A DNA stretch of 64,000 nt from a virus. The DNA lies in IMG/VR virus record IMGVR_UViG_3300007770_000007, positions 13,336 to 77,335 of that record; one strand, given 5' to 3'. The position numbers and the translations under genes are program-made. The notes beneath the pieces were generated by a model that was not told the DNA's origin, did no database searches, and was given only the letters and a program-made list of their open reading frames with translations. Below are positions 28,427-37,980 of the stretch, piece by piece; within the stretch, counting starts at the first letter, position 1; the number at the start of each line of letters is the position of its first letter.

Positions 28427-30649
28427 ATGGCTGATTCCGTCAACTCACTTATCCGGCTCGAACAAGGTCTTACCAAGACCATCGGCGCTACCGACAATGT
28501 TCAAATCGGCGGTAACTTTCAATCTGCTAACCTCACCGCTACCGGTGGCCTCGATGTAACCGGCAACGCCCTCATCCAAGCCAACCTTACTGTCCTGGGT
28601 GACACCATTAGTGGTGGTCAACGCGACTTCATCGTTGAGGACAACTTCATTGACCTCAATAATGGCCAGCAGGGTGCCGATCAGTCGGGTGGTTTCACCT
28701 GCAACATCCGGGCAGCGCAGAGCGTAGACATCAATGCTGCCGGAACTGGCGCGACGTTCGTGGCTGCTGGTGCTGGTGGCGCTACCGTGAGCATCAACGG
28801 CTTCAACCCCAATGTTCTTGCTGCCGACGACATCATCGAGTTTTCCGGCTTCACGGGAGCCGCAGCAGGTAACAACGGCCTTTTCGCCGTCAAGTCAGTG
28901 GTAGACGCTTCTGCTGGTTTGATCACGATCTACACCGCTGCTGAAGTTGCTGCCGCAGTCAACATCCCCTTCTGCCAGACCGACTTCGTGGCAGGCACTG
29001 AAGACGCTGGCAGTCTTGGGTACGAACTCAAGCTGGCAGTCGCCGCTTTCACTGACGGCACCCTCACGGATGCAGCCGGTAACCCGATCACCCCCGCTGG
29101 TGCATTCGTTACCGCCTACTCTACTGACGCCAACGCCAAGGCCCCCGGTAACGCTGGTGCGATGGAGTACGAGGCGGCCCAGAACGTGTCCCTGCAGGAG
29201 GCATACCAAGCAGGCGCTGGAATCACCCTGGCCGACGCCGCTGGTGGTGGCGCGGGTGACATGATCATCAAGACTGATGACACCAACCCCAACCCGGCTG
29301 ACTTCAAGCTGAACAACGCCTCGAATCAGAACTACCTCTCAACGGGCACCCAAGGCACCCTTCTTACAGTCGGTTCTGGCACGAACGTCAAGACGGTCCT
29401 TGATGGTCAAATCGCAAGTGACATCACTTTCGCCACGGGAGCGGCTCGCAGCATCGGAGTCACGAGCGCAGCATTGACGATGTCCACGACCACTGCGGGC
29501 AAGCTCACTGTCAGTGGTGGTGCGGACATGCTCATCGACTCGGACGATGAGATGGCCATCAAGATGGAAGCCAGTGACAACAATGACAAGTCGTTGTTGC
29601 TGTCGGCCACGAACGCTGGAGCCGGTAACGGCTTCATCCAGATGGATGCCGACAAGCTCGGTGCAACCATCCTTGGCTCAGGCATTGCCGTTACTTCGAC
29701 TGGGAAGGTTTCTGTCTCTGGCTCCAACGGAGCCGCCGATGCCATGAAGCTCGAAGCAGCCAACGTCGGGAACAATGCGGGGATGCAGCTTCGCAGTGCG
29801 CTTGACATTGATGCCCAGTCCACCCACGGTGGTATTTCACTCGATGGTGTGACAGCAAGCAACCTCACCATCGCGGCAATCTCCGGGGTCGACCAGGACC
29901 TGACGCTTCGTGGAACCAATGGTGGCGCGGGTGACTCCAAGCTGGACGTTGATTTCACCCACGTCGCTATCGACTCCTCGGTGGGTGCCGTAGCCGTCAC
30001 AGGTGCCGTTGATGCTTCCGTCACTGCAACCACTGGCGCAGCCTCCGTGGTAGCCACGGCGGGCGCGGTAACGCTGACCGGGAAGGCCGACAGTGTCTGG
30101 GGCCTCTCCGGTGATTGTGGGGCAGCCGACAAGACGCTCACCATCCAGTCGGTCAACTCCAATGCCGGTGGCGCTAACTCGATGCTGCTGGAGTCAGACG
30201 TTGACGTCGTACTGCGGGCGGCATCGGGTGCTGTGATTGTTCAGCAGGGCCAGTACACCAACCAGACGGGTGCCCAGATCACCATCAACACGTTGGTCAC
30301 GGTGGACGCTTCTGGTGACCAACGTGTCAAGCCCGCAGACGCAGCCTCTATCGCTGGCGCTTCGGTGTTCGGCGCAGTGGTTGCCAACGCCAACAACACG
30401 AACCCTGTCCTCATCAGGACTTGTCCTGGAACCCCCTCCGCGATGATCGCCGGTTCCGGGGGCACTACCCGAGGCGAGGTTGTGTATCTGGGCAAGGGTG
30501 CCGATGCTGGAAAGGTTGTCATGCAAGGAAACCTCGGTACGGCATCCGGTGATGCTGTCCACCGGGTCGGCATCGCGATGGAGACCCAGGCCGCTGCCGC
30601 CGCTGTCGTCGTTCACTTCCTGCCGCAGTTCGTCGCTACCATTCCGTAG
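28427..30649 (+). CDS. Head/tail fibre-like protein with C-terminal capsid-cement-like domain
   Basis: Ala/Gly/Thr-rich, VEDNFIDLN, SLQEAYQAG; C-terminus resembles 31756..32181. Confidence 0.65.
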   Translation: MADSVNSLIRLEQGLTKTIGATDNVQIGGNFQSANLTATGGLDVTGNALIQANLTVLGDTISGGQRDFIVEDNFIDLNNGQQGADQSGGFTCNIRAAQSVDINAAGTGATFVAAGAGGATVSINGFNPNVLAADDIIEFSGFTGAAAGNNGLFAVKSVVDASAGLITIYTAAEVAAAVNIPFCQTDFVAGTEDAGSLGYELKLAVAAFTDGTLTDAAGNPITPAGAFVTAYSTDANAKAPGNAGAMEYEAAQNVSLQEAYQAGAGITLADAAGGGAGDMIIKTDDTNPNPADFKLNNASNQNYLSTGTQGTLLTVGSGTNVKTVLDGQIASDITFATGAARSIGVTSAALTMSTTTAGKLTVSGGADMLIDSDDEMAIKMEASDNNDKSLLLSATNAGAGNGFIQMDADKLGATILGSGIAVTSTGKVSVSGSNGAADAMKLEAANVGNNAGMQLRSALDIDAQSTHGGISLDGVTASNLTIAAISGVDQDLTLRGTNGGAGDSKLDVDFTHVAIDSSVGAVAVTGAVDASVTATTGAASVVATAGAVTLTGKADSVWGLSGDCGAADKTLTIQSVNSNAGGANSMLLESDVDVVLRAASGAVIVQQGQYTNQTGAQITINTLVTVDASGDQRVKPADAASIAGASVFGAVVANANNTNPVLIRTCPGTPSAMIAGSGGTTRGEVVYLGKGADAGKVVMQGNLGTASGDAVHRVGIAMETQAAAAAVVVHFLPQFVATIP

Positions 30650-30670
30650 CGATAGGCTTTAGCCTGATTC

Positions 30671-30706
30671 AAGGCCCGTTCGTCCTTCAAGGGGCGGGCG
30701 GGCCTT
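30671..30706 (+). terminator. Terminator-like hairpin
   Basis: aaggcccgttcgtcc-ttcaag-gggcgggcgggcctt. Confidence 0.65.
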
Positions 30707-30743
30707 GTCATTCATGGTGGGTATGATGCAACGAGGAAATGCT

Positions 30744-31106
30744 ATGGCCAAGAATGCCAAGAACTTTGAAACTCGGGTTCAGATGGGTCTGGGAGAGGCT
30801 ATCGAACGCCTCATCCGGGTAGATGCAGGAGCAGCGCAGGGGTACGGAGGTTCCCGAGCGGATCTCATGGAGGAGCGCAGGTTGATTGTCGAAGCCCTCA
30901 ACCAACAGTACAAGCTGGACCTCGGGTTTGACTGCAACATGGACGGGGTTCCCGACACCGTGGAAATCTTCATGCAGTCTGCCCAGACTTCGTGTTGCCG
31001 CATCCTCCCTATGGACGGCAAGAAAGTATCATCAGGACGCAAGTCAACACGCAAGAAGCCGCAGGCGGCTAAAAAGACCGCTCGTGGTACGCGGAAAAGG
31101 AAGTGA
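30744..31106 (+). CDS. Hypothetical protein with basic tail
   Basis: GAGG RBS before MAKNAKN. Confidence 0.6.
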   Translation: MAKNAKNFETRVQMGLGEAIERLIRVDAGAAQGYGGSRADLMEERRLIVEALNQQYKLDLGFDCNMDGVPDTVEIFMQSAQTSCCRILPMDGKKVSSGRKSTRKKPQAAKKTARGTRKRK

Positions 31107-31459
31107 TTATGTCGATTGAACAAGTGATTTTGGGACTCTTGGCTTCGTATGCGGTCTGCTTTGGGCTGGTGAACGATAAGGCTGCTCTGATCACCAACCC
31201 CTTGAAGAAGCTGCCTCTGTTTCGGGCCGAGGACGGGGAGAACACCTTCGGGCGTATGCTCCGTTGCCCTTACTGCACGGGGTTTCATGCGGGCTGGATC
31301 ACTTATCTTGTGGTTTCTGCTCCCGTTCTTCTCGGGGAGGGGGATCTGGACGCTCTCTCGTTGGTTTCCGAGGGTATCGTGTTCGCCTTCGCGTCTTGCG
31401 CCTTCTGCTACATCGCAGATGTCACCGCACAGTGGCTTGAAGAAACCGCGTCGTCTTGA
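31103..31459 (+). CDS. DUF1360-like membrane protein
   Basis: Hydrophobic segments and GRMLRCPYCTGFHAGW. Confidence 0.6.
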   Translation: MIMSIEQVILGLLASYAVCFGLVNDKAALITNPLKKLPLFRAEDGENTFGRMLRCPYCTGFHAGWITYLVVSAPVLLGEGDLDALSLVSEGIVFAFASCAFCYIADVTAQWLEETASS

Positions 31460-31471
31460 CCAGGAGCTTTC

Positions 31472-31756
31472 ATGTCCTCTTCCAAGAACATCCAATGCCC
31501 GGTTGAGGTGTCGGATGGGGATTCTTTTGGGGAATACGCTAACGCTATTCGCATCATCCCTGACAGCGGGGATGATGTCCTTTTGGATTTCTGCGTGTAT
31601 TCGGCACAGGACAACAAGGCGCGGGTAGTTAGCCGAGTTCGGTTGGCGGCCTCCATGCTCCAGGTGATTCGAGACAGGATCTCCCAAGACTTGACAGATA
31701 CGGTGCCCTCGTCCGAGGGGGTTTTCTTGATGCCTGCTTTGGGCGGCACGAACTAA
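31472..31756 (+). CDS. DUF3467-like small protein
   Basis: GEYANAIRI…VLLDF…VVSRVRL. Confidence 0.5.
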   Translation: MSSSKNIQCPVEVSDGDSFGEYANAIRIIPDSGDDVLLDFCVYSAQDNKARVVSRVRLAASMLQVIRDRISQDLTDTVPSSEGVFLMPALGGTN

Positions 31757-32181
31757 TGCCGATTGGAAGGGTTCCGTCAGCGAGTACCTCGGCTGGGTCT
31801 TTTGTGATCCCAGGTACGACTGCTAACGGGGCCATCCGGGCGGGCGCTGCGGTAGCGGTAGTCCTCGACGGCGTTGATGCAGTGGTCGAGGAGTGTTCAG
31901 CAACCTCGAACGGCAACACCTTTGCAGGTTTCGCCGCTAAAGCGGTGGCTGATGGAGAGGTTGTTGCGGTGGTCACGTTTCGAGGGTCCACCGTCACCCC
32001 CATTGTGGAAGGTGGCGGTTCTCTCACCACAGGTGATCTGGTTTTTCTTTCGGACACTTTGGGGGAGGTGGTTCACACCGCTCCTTCGGGTGCCGGTAGT
32101 GTGGTAGTTCCACTTGGGGTGGCGGTTTCTGCCACAGAGTTATTCATCAGTACCGATGCTCGGTACGGTATTAGTGTCTGA
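31756..32181 (+). CDS. DUF2190/capsid-cement-like protein
   Basis: AGFA…V…G…LTTGDLVFLS…G…P…V..LGVA pattern. Confidence 0.55.
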   Translation: MPIGRVPSASTSAGSFVIPGTTANGAIRAGAAVAVVLDGVDAVVEECSATSNGNTFAGFAAKAVADGEVVAVVTFRGSTVTPIVEGGGSLTTGDLVFLSDTLGEVVHTAPSGAGSVVVPLGVAVSATELFISTDARYGISV

Positions 32182-32200
32182 TATTTACGGAGGGCATGGC

Positions 32201-33157
32201 ATGATGGCAGCAGGTACGTTTGAGAAAGGGGATTTCAGGTCTTACAGGGCGATCACAAAGATTCACCTGGGAGCACTTGAGTTCGACATTCAGGAAGGCG
32301 AGACCGTTCTCTTCGACGGGACCACACTCAAACGTGGCGACGGGGAGGATGAAATCCACACTCTGCGTGCAGCTATCAAGGTGGGATGGCTTGTTCCTGA
32401 AGACTCCGAGGAAACCTCGTACACCCCCAAACCCGCTGACATCAAGATCCACGAAGCGGCCCCTACCAGTTCGGAAAGTCGAGAGGCTCGCGCCCCCCTC
32501 ACAATCCAGGATGAGGAGCGAGATGTAGGCACTGTTGCCAGTCGCGTCAGCACTGGCGCTCCCACAGGCGCGGTCGAGAAGGATGCAGACGACGCAGCCG
32601 TTGTGGGCCGTATGAAGAGGAGTGCCAAGTCCGGTCCCATTCGCATTGACGGGGAAGACCGCAAGGTGGTCAAGACCCTCGACAACGACTCTCGGGACAT
32701 TGTTGAGCCTGCCCGTGTGGCTACAGGGGACGTGGACGAAGCGATGGCAGGGGATGAGCTTGTGGACATCCTTCCTGATGCTGCGAACGCGGACGTTCCC
32801 CCCAAGGGCGTCTCCGGGGAAGGTCGGGGTGATGAGTCTGAACTACGCGCCAAGGCCGTTACTGCCAAGGGTTCCACTACTGTCGGCACTGCTGATGACG
32901 GTGAGGTGGTCGCCTCCATCGCCTCGAAGAAGGCACTTTCCGCAGACGGGCTTTCCCCTGAAATCATCGAAGCAAAACTTGAGGTAGTCCGTCAGTTTGT
33001 TCCGGGGTTCCAGTGGGACATGAACATGCAGTGGGCCAAGCGAGCCAAGCTGGCCGTGTCCAAGTACGGGGACAACCTTCCCGTCATCAACGCCATCCTC
33101 TCGATTGAGACAGAAGCGGTGCGGAAGGACATTATGAAGCGGCTCTACAAGGATTAG
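32201..33157 (+). CDS. Hypothetical protein
   Basis: Long ORF; GGAGG upstream of MMAAGTF. Confidence 0.65.
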   Translation: MMAAGTFEKGDFRSYRAITKIHLGALEFDIQEGETVLFDGTTLKRGDGEDEIHTLRAAIKVGWLVPEDSEETSYTPKPADIKIHEAAPTSSESREARAPLTIQDEERDVGTVASRVSTGAPTGAVEKDADDAAVVGRMKRSAKSGPIRIDGEDRKVVKTLDNDSRDIVEPARVATGDVDEAMAGDELVDILPDAANADVPPKGVSGEGRGDESELRAKAVTAKGSTTVGTADDGEVVASIASKKALSADGLSPEIIEAKLEVVRQFVPGFQWDMNMQWAKRAKLAVSKYGDNLPVINAILSIETEAVRKDIMKRLYKD

Positions 33158-33227
33158 GCTGCGGTACATTCCCGATAAAGCCCGGATGGTTGAGTGCCGT
33201 CTGGGCTTTATTGCTTCTGGAGGCTTT

Positions 33228-35036
33228 GTGCCGCGTCCATCCCCTGCTCGTGTAGCTGCCCGATATGCGGATTTGAACCCGCCGTTGGGCTATCCGGGCG
33301 GCCCGTGCCACGTCATGCAGCGCATCCGAGATGAGGTGAGGAACCCCAAACTCCAGGAGAAGCTCGTTGATTCAGTGGAAGACGGCGACAAGCTGTCTAA
33401 CCCTGAAGCAGCGGCCATCTATGATCTGGAAGTGGACCGTGGGGCTGGCAGGTTCAAGAAACTCCGCATCACTCCCCATGCCCAGTACCGGATGGACCAA
33501 CGGGGAATCATCGTCAACGAACTCCGCATCGCCCTCAAGTCTTTCCAGAAAGCATGGAACGATGACAAGTCTCGTCAGGGGTATCGCTGGCGTAACTGGG
33601 AAGAGGACATGGCAAGAGGCCAGCCGATTCGTTGGGAAGATCCCCAAATCAAGCTGGCGGTGGTGTTTACCGCCAACCGTGATGTCGCTACGCTTGTTAC
33701 CGCTTATTGGGAAGGGCAGCCTGACCCTCGTCCAGAGGATGAGGACTCCTGTTCGGTTCGGGTTGGCTTGAAGATTGCCCCTACGCCGGGGGTTCAGACT
33801 TATGTCACCGAAGACTCTGCGAAGGGGATTCCTCCCAGTAACGATAGCAGGGAGCCTGATTCAGCAGCCCCTCTTCCTGGAAGCGCCGTTCCTGGAGGGG
33901 CTGGTCGAGAAATCGGCAAGTTCGAGTACAACACTCCCGATTCGAGTTCGGACATAAAGCCTCGCACGTTGTCGGAGCCGGGAGAGCAGCGAGGCCATCC
34001 CACTAATGTCCTCGACAACTACATCACCCGACGCACCTTTACCTCTGCTCTTGTAGAGGCGTGGGAGGCAGGGCCTCCGGGTCCGAGGCGGCAACATCGC
34101 CAGAAGCCTGCGGAGCGCAGGCGGCAGAACCGGGAGGAGTACCGCCCCAACCGCATGATAAAGAGGCGCATGGCGCTGAAGCGGTATCACCAGTTCTGTA
34201 AGCGAAACCGTCAGTGCAAGATGAAAAGAGAGTTGTATAGGAAACACCCGCAGCGGTACAAGCGCAGAGCGCCGCGCTCGGTGAAGAAACTCCCCAGGCT
34301 TCTCAAAGAGGGCGGGGACATCATCCTTTACGATCAGTGGAACCCTGCCAACAACGAAATCAAACAGCCCGGTCCCGACGTGAACTATCGCGCAGAGGGT
34401 CCGACGACTTACGAGTTCAGGCCGGATGAGCGAGAGGGAGTTCCTCCAGGACACGCTCCTCCAAGTAACCAGACCGAAGATGTTCCTCCTGCTTCAAGCA
34501 GGGTCATTCCCGATGAGATGAAGGAAAACCTCCGGGACAACCTGACTTATGTGCAGGCGGCACCCAACTTGAGAGTGGCAGCTACCATAGGTCAAGTCCT
34601 CTCGAAGTGTGATTCCACGATCTTGAATCGCGCCAAAGCAGTCCGAATCAGCCCTTACCGGTTCAATCCGGCGAAGGGTTTTTGGAGCTTCAAGGCTGCC
34701 GGGAGCCAGGGCACCTACATTGTGCGTGTCAAGGGAGTCCGTCGAGGCAACGTGAAGAACTTGGACAAAGCCCAGATCAAAGTGTCTTGCTCTTGTCCTT
34801 TCTTTCGGTGGCAAGGACCAGAACACTGGGCCAAGCAAGGACAGTATCTTTACGGTCGTCCTGTAGGTACTGCCTCCAATCCCAAGGTCATGGACCCGAA
34901 AGGCCACCACGGAGCGTGCAAGCATGTAGTTGCTGCTTTGAGCAAGGCGAGGGGCTGGCGGTTCAGTTCTGAAGGCACCCTCTGGGACCAAGATGCAGTG
35001 GTTATCTTGGACGAGGATGCCCTGTTGAGTGGGTAA
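33228..35036 (+). CDS. Multi-module protein: N-terminal PSPARVAARY, DUF4258-like domain, Arg-rich segment, C-terminal SWIM Zn finger
   Basis: GTG start after GGAGG; ITPHAQYRMDQRGI; VSCSCPFF…GACKHVVAAL. Confidence 0.7.
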   Translation: MPRPSPARVAARYADLNPPLGYPGGPCHVMQRIRDEVRNPKLQEKLVDSVEDGDKLSNPEAAAIYDLEVDRGAGRFKKLRITPHAQYRMDQRGIIVNELRIALKSFQKAWNDDKSRQGYRWRNWEEDMARGQPIRWEDPQIKLAVVFTANRDVATLVTAYWEGQPDPRPEDEDSCSVRVGLKIAPTPGVQTYVTEDSAKGIPPSNDSREPDSAAPLPGSAVPGGAGREIGKFEYNTPDSSSDIKPRTLSEPGEQRGHPTNVLDNYITRRTFTSALVEAWEAGPPGPRRQHRQKPAERRRQNREEYRPNRMIKRRMALKRYHQFCKRNRQCKMKRELYRKHPQRYKRRAPRSVKKLPRLLKEGGDIILYDQWNPANNEIKQPGPDVNYRAEGPTTYEFRPDEREGVPPGHAPPSNQTEDVPPASSRVIPDEMKENLRDNLTYVQAAPNLRVAATIGQVLSKCDSTILNRAKAVRISPYRFNPAKGFWSFKAAGSQGTYIVRVKGVRRGNVKNLDKAQIKVSCSCPFFRWQGPEHWAKQGQYLYGRPVGTASNPKVMDPKGHHGACKHVVAALSKARGWRFSSEGTLWDQDAVVILDEDALLSG

Positions 35037-35058
35037 CGTAGGCATCAGGAGATGCTGG

Positions 35059-35445
35059 ATGCCTATTTACTCTTATCGGTGCGAGTCTGATCCCTGCCAG
35101 TGGGAGGGGGACGTGATGCGTCCTATCTCGCAGTGCAGCGATCCTTACCCCTGTCCCGATTGCACTGGGGAGACGAAAAAGCTCGTCACGCAGGTTGGGG
35201 TTATCTTCAAGGGTGATGGTTGGGCTACCAAGAATGGAAGAGTTGCCAAGCAGATGCGGGAGAAGAACCGCCGACTTGCCGGTAAAGAGAATGAGATGAA
35301 AAGAGATGCTCCGGGCATGACGCTTGCGCCCAATGTCGGAGGAGAGCGGGTGGATTCATGGTCGGACGCGACGAAGTTGGCGAAATCGAAGGGAAAGGAC
35401 ACCAGCGGCTACGAAAAGCTCGCCCGAAAGGAAAAGCAGAAGTAG
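35059..35445 (+). CDS. FmdB-family zinc-ribbon protein
   Basis: MPIYSYRC…C…CPDC…FKGDGW. Confidence 0.85.
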   Translation: MPIYSYRCESDPCQWEGDVMRPISQCSDPYPCPDCTGETKKLVTQVGVIFKGDGWATKNGRVAKQMREKNRRLAGKENEMKRDAPGMTLAPNVGGERVDSWSDATKLAKSKGKDTSGYEKLARKEKQK

Positions 35446-35687
35446 CGGCACACACAGCCCTCAAGGTGACGGCTGGGGTTTCCCTTTTCGTCATGATCTT
35501 GGGAGCCATCCTCGGGATCGTGGTGACCCGCTCGGCCAACCGAATCATGCGGAAGTTGGCAGGACAGTATGTACCTCCTGTCCCAGACCCCACCGTGGGG
35601 AAGCCTTCAGGTGACGTTATAGACGTTGATTTCGAGGAGAGCGTGCCCCGGTAGTTCGGCTATCACTTCACTTTGAGTGGAGGCTCA

Positions 35688-36407
35688 ATGGCTATCGCAC
35701 CCCGTCTTGTTGGTCGTCACGAAGGGATTGTAGACCTTGCTATTTCTAATCGTGCGTCGGCCTCTTCTTATCGTGTAAGTTCGGCAACAAGCCTCAATAA
35801 TGCCTATTTGACTACCGCGACTGCTCTGATGCAGGTCCCCAAGGGAGATAGTTGGCGTTCGCCTCGACTGGTCCGTAACGGCAAGAATCGTTGTGATGAG
35901 TCCAACATGGGGCTGACTCGAATCATGTATGACCCCAGCGATTATTCTGCGGCAGGCGGTGCGCCTCCTGGAGACGGGGTTACCCAGTACCTCATCACGG
36001 AAGAGTTTTACCCTGATGGGACCTCGACGTGGCTCGGAGGTGTTCTGGGAGCGGCTTCGGCTCCGGGCATCCTGGTCGTGCCCCCGCCTGATTTCTTCGC
36101 TACGGGCCGTGCTTCCTTGGTGTTGACGGGAACGGCCCCTGCTGTGGCTGCCCTGGCTTCAGGGTTCCCGCCCCCCACAGCGATGAAGATCGCCCTTCCT
36201 CGCTATGCCGATGCTGTTCAGATCCAGATCAGTACGGATGATGCTTTTGTTTCTTTCGGTCCTGGTCGCCAGGAAATCACTATCACCGCAGGAACTACTT
36301 GGGAGTTTGCAGAGCCGGGTGCGTCGGAGATTTATATTCGATGTGCTGCTGGTGACGCCGCAACTTTCCAGATGGTCTGCACCCTTGTCAACGGCCTCGA
36401 ATCGTAG
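35688..36407 (+). CDS. Putative virion structural protein
   Basis: GGAGG RBS; class B motif upstream. Confidence 0.6.
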   Translation: MAIAPRLVGRHEGIVDLAISNRASASSYRVSSATSLNNAYLTTATALMQVPKGDSWRSPRLVRNGKNRCDESNMGLTRIMYDPSDYSAAGGAPPGDGVTQYLITEEFYPDGTSTWLGGVLGAASAPGILVVPPPDFFATGRASLVLTGTAPAVAALASGFPPPTAMKIALPRYADAVQIQISTDDAFVSFGPGRQEITITAGTTWEFAEPGASEIYIRCAAGDAATFQMVCTLVNGLES

Positions 36408-36414
36408 AGGGCCT

Positions 36415-36429
36415 CGGTAGAGAGTCGAT
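36415..36429 (+). promoter_or_regulatory. Class B motif
   Basis: cggta-gagagtc-gat. Confidence 0.7.
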
Positions 36430-36478
36430 ACCCCAATCTTATTGAAGGTCCAACCCTCTTCCTTCTGGAGAAAACACA

Positions 36479-37171
36479 ATGCCCTATATCTGTAAGATCC
36501 GTACCGACTTCTCGGACGGCACCCTCCAGGTCCTCGACCTGTGGCCCAATGCTTCCCAGCGAAGCGCAATCTACGACCCTATCGCCCAGACCAAGTATCT
36601 GAAGCGTGGTGAGTTCACCGGCACTGGTCAGAATGCTGACAATGGCCGTCCCACGACCATCACCGCAACGGCTCACGCTACGGGGTACGACACCTACGGC
36701 CTCGCAGCCTACCTTTGCGATACTGTTGTGGATAGCGTGTCGGGTGTTGGAATCACGGCTGCTATCGCCAACATCGCGGCGGCAGGTGTTCGGGATAACG
36801 TCCTTGATGCGGGCGGTGTCATCAGTGATGCTTCGGTATCCACAGAACTCATCACAGCAGGCGCTGGGGTGGGCACCACCCTTCTCGGTGGCGGTCTGGC
36901 TACGGTAGCTGGTGTCCTCCAGATTTGTGCTGGCGGCTCCTACCTGCTTCCTGCTGGTTCGACAGAGACCCAAGCGGTCACCCTGATGGGTGACGGCGCG
37001 TTCCAGGCTGGAACCTACCGCTGGACCTACGACACGGGTGCCCTGAAGATCAGCTTTGGTGAGGGAGACCTCTCCGAGATGCTGGATGCAACTTTCGATC
37101 CGGTCGGTGATGGCACCACTGGTGCCGCTGTCGTCGTCTATGCAGACGACGGAACCGTTTACACTGGTTGA
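36479..37171 (+). CDS. Virion structural protein, paralog 1 of a tandem pair
   Basis: MPYICKIRTD…GTLQVLDLWPN; highly similar to the next gene. Confidence 0.75.
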   Translation: MPYICKIRTDFSDGTLQVLDLWPNASQRSAIYDPIAQTKYLKRGEFTGTGQNADNGRPTTITATAHATGYDTYGLAAYLCDTVVDSVSGVGITAAIANIAAAGVRDNVLDAGGVISDASVSTELITAGAGVGTTLLGGGLATVAGVLQICAGGSYLLPAGSTETQAVTLMGDGAFQAGTYRWTYDTGALKISFGEGDLSEMLDATFDPVGDGTTGAAVVVYADDGTVYTG

Positions 37172-37180
37172 GGAGAAACA

Positions 37181-37876
37181 ATGCCTTACGTTTGCATGAT
37201 TCGTACTGACATCGACAACGGGACGCTTCAGCTTCTCGACCTGTGGCCTAATACGTCGCAAGCTCATCCAGTGGGTCCTCACGGCCAGACGAAGTACGTC
37301 AACCGTGGTGAGTTCACTGGTGCTGGTCGGAACGCGGCTAATGGTCGTCCTACCACCCTGGCTGCTGCCGGAAACGTCACGCTCTATGACACCTACGGCC
37401 TCGCTGCGTACATCGCGGATAACGTGGGGTCCACCATCTCGGGCCTTACGGTTCCTGCGGCTATCGCCAACCTGATGGCAACAGCCATCATGAACCTGAT
37501 GGACACGGGCGCTGCTTTGGCTCTCGCTACCATCAACACCACTATGCAGGGTGTTGCAGGGGCGCAGGGAGATGAAACCCTTACCTCCGCAGGTGGAACG
37601 GGTTCCGTCGGCTCCCTTGCGGATGTTCTCCAGATTTGTGCGGGTGGGTCTTACCTGCTTCCCGCAGGATCCCCGGAGAACGTCACCACGGTAGGCTATG
37701 CCGCTGCGGGTGCGATGACGCCAAACTATTTCCGTCACTCTTATGATACGGGTGCTTTTGCTATCAGCTTTGCTGGTGGGGAACTCAATGAGTTGCTCGA
37801 CGCTACCTACTCTTACGAGGGAACAGCCGGGGCTGCTGTCTCTGTCCTTGCGGACGACGGAAGCGTTTACGCCTGA
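37181..37876 (+). CDS. Virion structural protein, paralog 2 of a tandem pair
   Basis: MPYVCMIRTD…GTLQLLDLWPN; shares VLQICAGGSYLLPAGS. Confidence 0.75.
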   Translation: MPYVCMIRTDIDNGTLQLLDLWPNTSQAHPVGPHGQTKYVNRGEFTGAGRNAANGRPTTLAAAGNVTLYDTYGLAAYIADNVGSTISGLTVPAAIANLMATAIMNLMDTGAALALATINTTMQGVAGAQGDETLTSAGGTGSVGSLADVLQICAGGSYLLPAGSPENVTTVGYAAAGAMTPNYFRHSYDTGAFAISFAGGELNELLDATYSYEGTAGAAVSVLADDGSVYA

Positions 37877-37935
37877 TTTCTCCGGGTAGAGTGCAGAGGG
37901 TTGGACCTTCTCTGCATCGCCCCCGATGCTTTAGG

Positions 37936-37971
37936 ACTCCGGGCAGGCCCTCCTGCCCGGAGTTTTCATTT
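37936..37971 (+). terminator. Intrinsic terminator
   Basis: actccgggcagg-ccct-cctgcccggagt-tttcattt. Confidence 0.85.
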
Positions 37972-37980
37972 GAGGATCGG

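Larger units (their letters stand above)
36444..37910. repeat. 16-bp perfect inverted repeat (36444-36459 / 37895-37910) flanking the paralog pair
   Basis: gaaggtccaaccctct vs agagggttggaccttc. Confidence 0.85.
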
